Shown: one piece after another, positions 1 through 11,872 of the stretch
How the letters are laid out: each line of letters starts with the position of its first letter
How positions within the stretch are numbered: the stretch's first letter is position 1
NCBI GenBank assembly: GCA_951406725.2
Contig: OX597823.1
Span: 27,528,001 to 27,592,000, forward strand
Direction of reading: 5' to 3'
From: Octopus vulgaris
Lineage: Eukaryota
Length of the DNA stretch: 64,000 bases
The notes under the pieces: model-generated
Seen by the model: the letters and a program-made list of their open reading frames with translations, nothing else
Database searches by the model: none
Told to the model about the DNA's origin: nothing
Program-made: the position numbers and the translations under genes

Positions 1-170
1 TTTCAAAGGGCCAGCCTTGTCACATTCTGTGTCACGCTGAATTTCCCTGAGAACTACGTTAAGGGTACACGTGTTTGTGGAGTGATGAGTCATGTGCACG
101 TTAATTTTACGTGCAGGCGGTTCCTTTGATCATCGGATCAACTGGAACCCTCGTCGTCGTAACCGACCGA
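1..170 (+). mobile_element. SINE family A, 3' portion
   Basis: Homologous to 2453-2620. Confidence 0.85.
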
Positions 171-500
171 GGATCAGTTTTATTTTACCAATTATTTATC
201 ATCTATTTAAATTGTTATTCTTTTAAGTCTTTTTTTATTATACTTTATTTTTGTCTACCCACTCCCTATTTATTTCATACATCCAGCACTTAAGTAAACC
301 CACCACCTCCCCTTATAAAATTTCAACATTTCTAATCGCTTCCCATCAAGTTCTTTGTCTAACTCTTCTATCCTATCAACCCTTTCAACAAACAACTGAC
401 CACACCAACAAATGTTAACCAACAGGTCTTCTCTTAGTCCATCTCTAAAATAAGTGAGGCGAATCCACATATACACCAGCGGTCTTGAACATTTACAATT

Positions 501-583
<83 letters not shown>

Positions 584-982
584 TATATGTATATCATATA
601 TAATGATATATATATATATTGTTTCATTCTTTTCTTCTTTTATTTTTTTCATTTGATTCGGTCATTTGACTGCAGCAATGCTGGAGCACCGCCTTTATTC
701 GCCTTATTCTTTGTAAGCCTAGTACTTATTTTATCGGTCTCTTTTGCCAAACTGCTAAGTTACGGGGACGTAAACACACCAACATCGGTTGTCAAGCGAT
801 GTTGTGGGTACAAACATAGACACAAAAACATTCACACACACACACGCGCGCGCGCATATATATATATACTTCTAGTATAGGATAAAAAATTTTCGAAAAA
901 TAATTTTATCAATGGCAAGCATATTAAAAAATACCTTTAAAGGTTAAATTTATAAACAACTTATAAACAACTTATAAACATG

Positions 983-1238
983 TGGAGGCGCAATGGCCTA
1001 GTGGTTAGGGCAGCGGACTTGCGGTCGGAGGATCGCGGTTTCGATTCCCAGACCGGGCGTTGTGTGTGTTTATTGAGCGAAAAAAACACCTAAAAGCTCC
1101 ACGAGGCTCCGGCAGGAGGTGGTGATCCCTGCTGTACTCTTTCACCACTCTAAAGGCGGTGCTCCAGCATGGCCGCAGTCAAATGACTGAAACAAGTACA
1201 AAAAAAAAAAATAAAAATAAAAAATAAAAAAAAAAAAA
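983..1238 (+). mobile_element. Chimeric SINE: family A tRNA-like head joined to family B tail and poly(A)
   Basis: A-type sequence to ~1150, then taaaggcggtgctccagcatggccgcagtcaaatgactgaaacaagta. Confidence 0.8.
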
Positions 1239-1373
1239 GGGCAAAAGAAAAAAATTTTCTAATGCCAAATATGCCCAAACTAGACACAACGTCCATAACC
1301 ATATAATTCATCACTATAAGCACGTGTCTGGAAGAAAACCGACAGAAATTTCTTTAAAATTCCGTTATTACCA

Positions 1374-1427
1374 TATCGGACCCGATTTCAGAGTTAGTTC
1401 ATAAGAACCTTCTCTTCGTCAGTGATA
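1374..1427 (-). ncRNA. Type I hammerhead ribozyme motif
   Basis: Minus strand reads tatca CTGACGA AGAG-aa-GGTTC-ttat-GAACT-aa-CTCT GAAA TCGGG TC cgata. The core is intact, stem II is extended, the cleavage triplet is GUC, and stem I has 4 bp plus one mismatch. Confidence 0.8.
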
Positions 1428-2245
1428 AATGCGGCAAAGAAATAAATGAAATACTCACTTAAACCCATGGAAGAAGCAAACGCAAAGTCATGAGCACAAT
1501 TAAGTACACCAAATACATCCAAAATAGAAATTCTCCAGCCCATTCGAGACACGTCCGATTCGAACTGAAAACTCTCAAAGAGTGAGAGAGTCCGGAAGTG
1601 AACACTATTAAATTTACATCTAATATAGGATAACATTTTTTCGAAACCATAATACTCTATCCTTGAAAATATATTAAAGATATATAAATTATGTGCATTT
1701 TCCTTCTTTTGTTATATTTTTCACTATATATGTATATATATATACATACATATATACATATATATGTGTGCGTGTATGTATACATACATATATATACTTA
1801 TATATGTGTGTGTATGTATACATACATAATTATATTACATTGTATTTTATTATATTATATTGGATTATATTACATTATATGACATAGTCTCAAATCAAAT
1901 TTGATTTTGATTTGGAGGACAAACGTGGGAAACAAATATGACAAAATGATGGAATGGGAATATCGAAAATATTTACACGTCAAAATTTCACAAACGAAAA
2001 CCAGTCGATATCTCATCAAAAAGAAATATAATAATTAGAAATAATTAATAATGTAGCATGTTATAACGCTTAAGTTCAATAGTTTTTTTACGGTTATAAA
2101 TGGAAGAACATATTTGACAAATTTAAAACATCTATAAACGTTTAAAATTGACACACGTCATTAATTTTTTTCTGCCTTTCCAATCGTAGACTAACTTTGA
2201 GATAGGAAGCTTCAGGGTAAAACGGCATTACGTTATATTTTAATT

Positions 2246-2629
2246 GTAGAGGCGCAATGGCCTAGTGGTTAGGGCAGCGGACTCGCGGTCGTAGAATCGC
2301 GGTTTCGATTCCAAGACCGGGCGTTGTGAGTGTTTATTGAGCGAAAACACCTAAAAGCTCCACGAATTCCGGCAGGAATGGTGGTGATACCTACTGTACT
2401 CTTTCATCACAACTTTCTCTCACTCTTACTTCCTCTTTCTGTTGTACCTGTATTTCAAAGGGCCGGCCTTGTCACTCTCTGTGTCACGCTGAATATCCCC
2501 GAGAACTACGTTAAGAGTACACGTGTCTGTGGAGTGCTCAGCCACTTACACGTTAATTTCATGAGCAGGCTGTTCCGTTGATCGAATCAACCGGAACCCT
2601 CGTCGTCGTAGCCGACGGAGTGCTTCTAA
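2246..2629 (+). mobile_element. SINE family A, full length (tRNA-Arg-like head)
   Basis: A box TGGCCTAGTGG, B box GTTTCGATTCC; TSD atattttaat. Confidence 0.88.
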
Positions 2630-2953
2630 ATATTTTAATCATAAATGGTTTGGTTATACTTTTCTGGGTGAATGGTTCAGAGTTTTATGCCTGTGGATTT
2701 TGTCTCTTACGTTTTATTTGTCTCCGAGGCACCACCTCTTCGGGCTTAGCATAAAGAATTTGATTTCAGTATTTATATTTTTCTTAAAGTCTGATATCTA
2801 TTTTAGCGGTCACTTTTGCCGGATCGCTAGGTTATAAGGACACAAACAAAACAATACCGGCTGTGAAATGGTAGGGTCCAAACACAAAGTTACGCGCACA
2901 TACATACATACATACATGCACACACACACGCACATATATATACATACATATGT

Positions 2954-3000
<47 letters not shown>

Positions 3001-3147
3001 CACACATATAGGAGAATTTGTTTTTGAAAATGCACCCGAATTTGAAAAACGTGTAGTTGTTTTTAAATAGATTTATTCACATACAGAGCAAACTAGTTTC
3101 AACAATTTTTTGTTTATCAATAGTACAAATGTATGTGAAACAATGGG

Positions 3148-3184
<37 letters not shown>

Positions 3185-3300
3185 ATCCCATTGTTTCACA
3201 TACATATATATATGTGTGTATGTATGTATATATATATGCATATATATATATATGTATATACATATACGCATATATACATATATATAAAATCCCACTGTTT

Positions 3301-3358
<58 letters not shown>

Positions 3359-3360
<2 letters not shown>

Positions 3361-3785
3361 AGATGTTCAGAACGTCTCTCCGTAGTAAGTATTTTATTGC
3401 AATATAAATATTTATAAGATGATATAAGACTGCAAAGGAATATATTAGACTTTACAAGACATTCAAAATCTTTATAAGAGGTGTTGAAAGTGTCGCGTCC
3501 TTCATTTTCAATACATAAGTTGACTCTTCTACACATGCTTTGGAATTTACATCTTGAAGAGTCTGACGCGGTTGTGATGTGAAGAGTCTGACGCGGTTGT
3601 GAAGGTCGTGATTGCGTCTTTTAGCTCATTAATGGTTTTTGGGCGATTCTTGTACACCGATCCTTTACTTGCTACCCAGAAAAAAGTCTGGTGGGGTTAA
3701 ATCTGGTGATCTTGGTTGCCAAAGTCCCTTCGAAATAATACGCTCACCGAAAAACTCACTGCGGAGTGACTTTTTGAACACCCTC

Positions 3786-3787
<2 letters not shown>
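3359..3787 (-). mobile_element. Internally deleted rosa/DD41D-like Tc1/mariner element
   Basis: [37 protein letters not shown]; ~28-bp TIRs of type cagggtgttcaaaaagtcactccgcagt. Confidence 0.75.
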
Positions 3788-3829
<42 letters not shown>

Positions 3830-4282
3830 AAATGTTGCATGGAGGGACAACAAAGAGACATGCGAAAAATAGTAAAAACACACAAAAGACGTGGACACAC
3901 TCACCCCACATCAATTATCGACCGAAATCAACACAATTTCGACGCCTTACGTTTGGTTTGTATTAGCATAATAACCCCCACCCGCCGAACCATGATACGA
4001 CGATATATATAGCCACTCTTGAAGCTGTGGTCCTTTAGTTTGTGTTCAAATTCATTTGAAAAGTACTACGTGTTTTGTATACCGAGCACATTTTCCGTCT
4101 ACTAAATTCACTCACAAAGTGTTGGTAGGCCCAGGGCTTGCTCAAGATACAGCGTGGTGGGCAACCGAAAACGTGTGGTTACAAAGCAAACTTTTCATAT
4201 ACAACCATGTCTGTACATGTACTTAGTGATTTTCTTCATCACTACCTCGGGAAGTACAGTGAAGGTGACGGTCTGTTCTACT

Positions 4283-4512
4283 GCGGCGAGCTGGCAGAAA
4301 CGTTAGCACGCCGGGCGAAATGCTTAGCGGTATTTCGTCTGCCGCTACGTTCTGAGTTCAAATTCTGCCGCGGTCGACTTTGCCTTTCATCCTTTCGGGG
4401 TCGATTAAATAAGTACCAGTTACGCACTGGGGTCGATATAATCGACTTAATCCGTTTGTCTGTCCTTGTTTGTCCCTTCTGTGTTTAGCCCCTTGTGGGT
4501 AGTAAAGAAATA
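4283..4512 (+). mobile_element. SINE family C, tail type 1, full length
   Basis: gcggcgagctggcagaaacgttagc..gagttcaaattc (B box)..ccccttgtgggtagtaaagaaata; 13-bp TSD ggtctgYtctact. Confidence 0.9.
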
Positions 4513-4640
4513 GGTCTGCTCTACTACTGAGGACAAAAAGCCAAAATCTGTTCGAAATTATCAGAGAAACTGAGATGTCCTTGGTGAATATGTATGTGAC
4601 TTAGCCTTTCATCCTTTCCTCGTCAAGAAACTATATACCT

Positions 4641-4871
4641 ATTTCTTTATTACCCACAAGGGGCTAAACATAGAGGGGACAAACAAGGACAGACATAGGT
4701 ATTAAGTCGATTACATCAACCCCAGTGCGTAGCTGGTACTTAATTTATCGACCCCGAAAGGATGAAAGACAAAGTCGACCTCGGCTGAATTTGAAATCAC
4801 AATGTAACGGAGGCCGAAATACCGCTAAGCATTTCGCCCGGTGTTCTAACGTTTCTGCCAGCTCGCCGCCT
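4641..4871 (-). mobile_element. SINE family C, tail type 1, nested in an older C copy
   Basis: 17-bp TSD tcaagaaRctatatacc. Confidence 0.9.
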
Positions 4872-5028
4872 TCTCAAGAAGCTATATACCAGTTGACCAC
4901 TGGGGTCGGTGTCGTCAGCTTGTCCCTCCTCTCAAAACCTTATGTCAGAATGATAATTATATTACGTTATATTATATTATACAATGTTATGCTATGCTAT
5001 ATCTTACATATTATTTTATATTCTACAG

Positions 5029-5274
5029 ATAATCTTCGACTTTTCGCCGTACATTCAGTCATGTATTAACCCAGTGGTGTATTTCTTCATGTCACGAAAC
5101 TTCCGTAAGAGCATGCGCTATGTGTGCCAGAAATACTGCCATTGCTTTGAGGGCAGTGGAGCGAAAGATGTATTCGAACTTGAGACGAAAACCATGGACG
5201 GTAACAGCATTACAACCAGAGGTACGAACTACTGTCGAACTGTAATCAGCAACGATGGGGAAAAGACCTGTTGA
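5029..5274 (+). CDS. Terminal coding exon of a class A (rhodopsin-like) GPCR, probably a neuropeptide receptor; upstream exons not identified in the window
   Basis: Acceptor ttttatattctacAG|ATA at 5028/5029, phase 0. Translation IIFDFSPYIQSCINPVVYFFMSRNFRKSMRYVCQKYCHC...KTC* has TM7 NPxxY, helix 8 (SxNFR), a Cys cluster and an S/T-rich tail. Confidence 0.88.
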   Translation: MIFDFSPYIQSCINPVVYFFMSRNFRKSMRYVCQKYCHCFEGSGAKDVFELETKTMDGNSITTRGTNYCRTVISNDGEKTC

Positions 5275-5530
5275 CGACCAAACAACCTAAAAGCATTCTA
5301 GTTAAGAAGATCCTTCGATGTACAAGAATATATAAATCATAAATGCACATGCATACACAGGTATACACACATATGCATACACATACACATATATACACAT
5401 ATATACACACATATACACACATATACATACATACACAAATACATACAAAAACGTGTATCTTTGTGTATATATGTGTTCACATAACATATATGTATATATG
5501 TGTTCACATGACAAATATGTGTGTATGTGT

Positions 5531-5600
<70 letters not shown>

Positions 5601-5602
5601 TA

Positions 5603-5998
5603 TCTTTTACTCTTTTACTCATTTGACTGCGGCCATGCTGGAGCACCGCTTTTAGCCGAGCAAATCGACCCCAGAACTTATTCTTTGTAAGCCTAGTACT
5701 TATTCTATCGGTCTCTTTTGCCGAACCGCTAAGTTACGGGGATGTAAACACACCAGCATCGGTTGTCAAGCGATGTTGAGAGGACAAACACAGACACACA
5801 AACACACACACACACATATATATACATATACATAAATACGACGGGCTTCCTTTTCAGTTTCCGTCTACCTAATCCATTCAGAAGGCTTCGGTCGGCCCGT
5901 GGCTATAGTAGAAGACACTTGCCCAAGGTGCCACACAGTGGGACTGAACCCGAAACCATGTGGTTGGTAAGCAAGCTACTTACCACACAGCCACTCCT
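5603..5998 (-). mobile_element. SINE family B (tRNA head, CORE-like ccttgggcaagtg block, internal microsatellite)
   Basis: A/B boxes TGGCTGTGTGG and GGTTCAGTCCC. Partial copies at ~650-830, 2805-2890, 4075-4215, 36648-36925, 52880-53060, 54915-55045. Confidence 0.88.
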
Positions 5999-6087
5999 AA
6001 CTATCTAGCTATCTACCTATCTATATACACATACATAAGTACATACATTCATACACACACATACATATACAAGCATGCATACATACA

Positions 6088-6170
<83 letters not shown>

Positions 6171-6316
6171 ATTCATGAATATATAATAATGCTGTATGAG
6201 TATATTTTTTGTGTGTATGCATGTTTGTATACATTTTAAACTTGGCCAAAAATACACCTAATTTTCTTTCTATTTTGTGTAAATTCTTCTGATCTGCAGG
6301 AAAACTGATTTTGAAC

Positions 6317-6352
6317 TGTGCTGACGACGTCTAATAGACCGAAACTCACACA
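6317..6352 (+). ncRNA. Degenerate hammerhead motif (stem III partly deleted)
   Basis: tgtg CTGACGA c-GTCT-aat-AGAC-c GAAA ctca caca. Confidence 0.45.
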
Positions 6353-6803
6353 TATCCTTTTCCTTTACCTGCAATAGAGATCAGACTGTCTTTTCCCTAC
6401 CATGTAAATTACCGATGAATTTCCTTGAAATTATCTCCCTTCTCCTTGAGAGTCATAAAAAAAATACTAGATTTATATTTATTGTCTCCAACAAAGAAGA
6501 AACACTCTAAAAAGAATGAAAAATATATTGTGTATGGCATTCAGTATACAACCCTTTCACTTAATCCAGATTCATATCATCACCCTCTTAAGTTATTTCT
6601 CTGTATATATTGGTATATGCATACATACATGTATGTATGTACGTATGTATGTATGTATGTATGTATGTATGTATGTATGTATGTATGTATGTATGTATGT
6701 ATGTATGTATGTATGTATGTAGGCAGGTAGGTAGGTATGCATGTATGTACGTATAGTATGTGTGTATGTATTATGTATGTGTGTATTTATGCATGTGTGT
6801 GTC

Positions 6804-6855
<52 letters not shown>

Positions 6856-7398
6856 GTATATATTTATATATATATATGTATATATATATATGCATATATA
6901 TATATATATATATTTGTATGTGTGTACATGTATAGTATGTATGCATATACACACACATGCACAAACACACAGACAAACATATAAATACACACATAATACA
7001 TACAAGCCTTTATACATAGATCCGTAACACATGCATGTTTATATATGTGTGCGTGTGTGTAAAGTGGGGATGGATGTGCTTATTCGTGTTTAAGATAAAC
7101 AGACATTTCTTGCATTTTGTTGACAGTATAATATTATCAAATTTGTTTAAGCGAACAAACTTTTCCCCTATTTTCAAATCTATTGACAATCAAATACATT
7201 CTCATTTCGGCAAGAATAAAAAAAAATAACACCCATATACGTATTTTCCTTTAGATTTATTTAACTTAACTTCTTCGCAGAATTCTAGCAGCTCACTAAC
7301 AAAATGGTGTCACTTCTTTGTGTCAAGATTGTTTCCAAGGATTTATGAGTGAGAGTTAAAGCGTGTATATATGTGGTTGCACGTGTATATGTAATAGC

Positions 7399-7762
7399 GC
7401 GGAGACGCAATGGTCCAACGCTTAGGGCAGCAGACTCGTGGTCGTGGGATCGCGGTTTTGTTGTGAGTGTTTATTGAACGAAAACACCTAAAAGCTCCAC
7501 GTCGATCCGGCAGGGTGTGGTGGCGAACCCTGCTGTATTATTCTACCACAACTTTCTCTCACTCATCCTGTTTCTGTTGTACCTGTATTTCAAAAGGCTA
7601 GCCTTGTCACACACTGTGTCACACTGAATCTCCCCGAGAACTATGTTAAGGGCGCACATGTCTGTGTAGTTCTCAGCCACGTGCACGTTAATTTCACGAG
7701 CAGGCTGTTCCATTAGTCGGATCAACTGGAACCCTCGTCGTCGTAACCGACGGAATGCCACG
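7399..7762 (+). mobile_element. SINE family A
   Basis: Homology to 2246-2629; 12-bp TSD atatgtaatagc. Confidence 0.88.
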
Positions 7763-8179
7763 ATATGTAATAGCACTTATGTAATGTCTCTTTAACACAC
7801 ACGTGTGTGTATGCATGTGTGTGTGGTTACTTTTATGTGTGTACGTATGCATATACACAGACATGCACAAACACACAGACAAACATAAATGTGTGGTTAC
7901 TTTTATGTGTGTGTATGTATGTGTGTATGTGTGGTTACTTTTATGTGTACGAATATGCACATATATTATTGTGTTGATCCAAATGGAAAATATTAACGAT
8001 AGTTTTTAAAATCTTCCTTGTACAACCAATCAATTGGATTTAAAGAATGAGAGGCAGTTTTCTTTTCTCTTTCATGAAAAATCCTTGCATTTTTAGGCAT
8101 TTGTGCAAATTTGCTGTTGGATATATATATATATATATGAAATAACATGGGAACTGCGAGTTTCACATTAATTTACAAT

Positions 8180-9400
8180 AGTCATTCTTTTTCCATCACT
8201 TTAGACGAAACTTCTCATCCACCGAATGACTGATGTCTACAACGGTGCATGACTTCTGTTCCCAGTTTCCTAGAACAATATAAGGTCTGTTGTACTTGCA
8301 TCGATTTGTTGCTTTTTCAGCGGTCAATTTTCCTTGTTTTCAAAGTATGGACATATTCTGGTTTTGGAGTGATTTGTCTATGTCCTATGGACAATCCATT
8401 CGACAGATAGAATTGTAAATAGTTTTGGCAGTAGGTGGTACCTTTCGGGTATTTTGATATTTTACTTGTATGGTACAATCACCACATTCTAAAGTTTGAA
8501 GGTGGCCCTGTCTTTATTTTGCCAGGTATTTAGCATATATTTCTGCTCCGAGATATCAAACCCATGTGGAATGTGATGTATTTATCGCAGATTCAAAACA
8601 TGCTCTTCCTGTCAATATTGGTATTCTCTATTTTGTGGGATCTGAGCCCTTAAATAACTTTCTGCTTCTTTGAAGACTTCTTCATCCACAAATTTTTGTT
8701 AAGTCTAGCTACCTTTAGCTTATATAGAACAGCTGTATAGTGCCTCTCAAGGTGTTACTTTTCACTGTTGCGTAGTTGTGATATGCTCATTTGACCGTTT
8801 ACATGCGTTACTTAAAAGATATGATGCGGTACTCAGAGGATGTCTGATCTGACCTTGTGACTCTACTTCAGTTCATCCGTCTAATATTGTCAGTATCACT
8901 GTTGAAGTGGAAATTACCAGTGCTGCTTAATACCTCCCTAATATTCTTTTCTGTTCTAGGCACAAGGTCTAAAGTTTCGGGGGAGGGGGCCAGTCGATTA
9001 GATCGACCCCAGTACGCAACTGGTACTTAATTTATCGACCCTGAATTTATCGACCCTGAACGGACGAAAAGCAAAGTCGACCTCGGCGGATACCTCCCTA
9101 ATATTGATGTACAAATTGTGGCTCTCTTCAAACGTCTAGCCTAGTATTCCAAATTGTGGTACTAGTTCTAATAATGCAAATGCATTCTGGGATATGAGCT
9201 TACTGAACGCGGATAGCGCTGGCCCTTTACATTTCGAAGTCTGCCACAGTATTCCTTTGTCACTCTATTTTTAATCACGGCACCAACATATCTACAGAGT
9301 TCTCAATTCCGTGATACTTGGAACATTCATCACGGGAGATAGTGTAGATAGACAGCCCGTTGATATTTTCATTCCTCGTTTGATCAACAACCCATCGACT
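8180..9400 (-). mobile_element. Highly decayed R4/Dong-like non-LTR retrotransposon (RT thumb to restriction-like endonuclease)
   Basis: KATNRCKYNRPYIVLGNWEQKSCTVVDISHSVDEK (NRPDIV..C..IDI..P.D pattern); RVTKEYCGRLR; NAFALLELVPQFGILG*T. Confidence 0.55.
8946..9089 (-). mobile_element. SINE family C, tail type 2, 5' truncated
   Basis: 16-bp TSD atacctccctaatatt at 8930-8945 and 9090-9105. Confidence 0.88.
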
Positions 9401-9630
9401 GACTACCAAAAATATAAATTCTTATTCTAACTAAACTCCATTCTTATGTCCTATGGGAATGTAACGCTCTTTAAGAGAGAATATTACCAGAATACAACTT
9501 CAGAACATCTATTAACCTTCCTCCTCTCTTGACAGTAACTTCCCTCCTCTCTGTAGATCCGAAGATGTAACATGGACATTTCCTCAGCAGAGCAAACAAG
9601 GCTTTCCTGTCAGATGGAACAGCGGTACAG

Positions 9631-9824
9631 TGGAGGCGCAATGGCCCAGTGGTTAGGGCAGCGGACTCGCGGTCGTAAGAACGCGATTTCGATTCCCAGA
9701 CCAGACATTGTGAGTGTTTATTGAGCAAAAACACCTAAGCTCCACGAGGCTCCGGTGGGGAGGGGTGGTGAAACCCGCTGTACTCTTTCACCACAACTTT
9801 CTCTCGCTCTTTCTTCCTACTTCT
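9631..9824 (+). mobile_element. SINE family A, 5' half
   Basis: tRNA-like head; truncated at the start of an unrelated element. Confidence 0.85.
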
Positions 9825-10098
9825 GCCACAAAGCAGAGGAACCATGGTGTAACCCACTATGGTGTGGTAAACTTTCAGACCCTAGTCTAGATTGCGAATC
9901 CTCTGTACCCCAGGACGGTTCAGCTCTCCTCCCGTTAAAAGCCACCGTTTATGGAATGAGGATAACAACGTAGCTTTCGCGCCCGTGCAACGGCCAGTCT
10001 ATCGCGTGTGGTGGGTGGATCTTCAAGTTGCCACACGTTTTCTTAATAGACTCGAATTAGAGATTATTCTTTGTGGCTAATGGCGTGAGTCCTGATTG

Positions 10099-10207
10099 GA
10101 AGAAGAAGAATAAAGAAGAAGAAGAAGAAGAAGAAGAAGAAGAAGAAGAAGAAGAAGAAGAAGAAGAAGAAGAAGAAGAAGGAGGAGGAGGAGGAGGAGG
10201 AGGAGAA

Positions 10208-10238
<31 letters not shown>

Positions 10239-10260
10239 AAGAAGAAGAAGAAGAAGAAAG
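10099..10260 (+). repeat. (GAA)n/(GGA)n microsatellite
   Basis: Direct. Confidence 0.97.
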
Positions 10261-10712
10261 CAGTACAGACAAGCTATCACTCTTGAGAATCCCGGTTGAT
10301 TATCTAATTCTGTGTGTGACTGTATAAGTTGCTTCGGTTCTTATTGGCAGTTGTGTGGATCATGTTGTCGTCAGCATTTTATAACAGCATCATATAAAGC
10401 AGATGGACCCTTGGCAAAGCGGAATAACCCAAGTATCCTCTATGGAGGCAAAGTCAAGTAAATACATAAAACATTTGACTAACTTATCGGTAGTCTTCGG
10501 CGATGCAGCTTCACTTCCGAAATGCCCAGCTTTGCTGATGAGGAATTGTTTAACGAAATTCCATACTTCTTCTCTTTACTCTCTCCTCATCATTCACAAC
10601 ACTTAATCTCATTCATTATTCACTCTGCTTCTAAATATAATATCAAGTTATGCAGTGATATTATGTACTCTGTCGAGGACTTGGGTGGATTTTTGTGAGA
10701 AAGCGAGAGAAA

Positions 10713-10758
<46 letters not shown>

Positions 10759-11383
10759 CCATTTAGGCTGTGGTGTGTTATCATTTCAATCGATCTCAGT
10801 TGCTCCCAACTGTTGACTAAAGTTAATTGTAAAACTGTTAGTGTAGGACATATCAATGGCAAGAAACTTGGAAATTCATTCCGTGGCAGTTGTTCTCTAG
10901 CAACTTGATCGATCACTGATAACTTCAGGTCAATGTCAATAGGTTTTCTGTCGACTCATGAGGCAATGATGTTTTTTATTTTATTTTAGTTCCTTCTTAA
11001 TGTAAATATGAAGTTCTCCTAAAATCTTGCATCTAACTGTATATCAAGCTTTTTGTAATAGCCAGCTATTTTATATGTCATAAGCGGCTTCTGCGTGCGA
11101 TGGCGACAGTCCTATACGAGATATTGTAATCTTGTTTTTGCTTTGGTAGTGATTACATTTCAGCAAAAATAATATTAATAAAAATAATTAAAAAGTGGGT
11201 AAAAAAATTTATTGGGCTGCAGATTCAGCTTTATACTGTGTTATTTCTTTGTTTCGTTTTTCTTTTGAAGGTAAATTTTCTAGATAATGCTTTATATTTC
11301 TTCTCAACAATCTGTACGTATAGATACGTATACAGGCATGTATATATGGTTGTGTGTTCGTAAATATATAAGTACGTGTGTGT

Positions 11384-11515
<132 letters not shown>

Positions 11516-11587
11516 TATGTATGTATGTATATATATATATATACATATATATACATACACACACACACATATATATATATGTGTATG

Positions 11588-11651
<64 letters not shown>

Positions 11652-11872
11652 TAGATAGATAGATAGATAGATATATGTATGTATGTATATATATACATAT
11701 ATATACATACACACACATATATATATATGTGTATGTATATACATATATATATATATATATATAGATAGATAGATAGATAGATATATGTATGTATGTATAT
11801 ATATATACATATATATACATACACACACACACATATATATATATGTGTAAGTATATACATATATATATATAT

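Noticed and set aside
984-1060. tRNA-like sequences (also 2248, 7400, 9631, 35735, 61447, 29750, 42470)
   Set aside because: They have A/B boxes but no proper acceptor stem, and they continue into repeated SINE bodies, so they are SINE heads.
4138-4488. Recurring ORFs with RSEFKFRRGRLCLSSFRGR or FNRPRKDERQSRPRRNL
   Set aside because: They are translations of SINE family C.
9970-10090. HDV-like ribozyme (CTAAT J4/2-like segment followed by P2-like pairing)
   Set aside because: P3, L3 and P1 elements could not be placed with the right spacing.
10530-10572. CTGATGA...GAAA candidate hammerhead
   Set aside because: Stems I and II do not form in the required register, and an alternative GGAATT/AATTCC hairpin swallows the GAAA.
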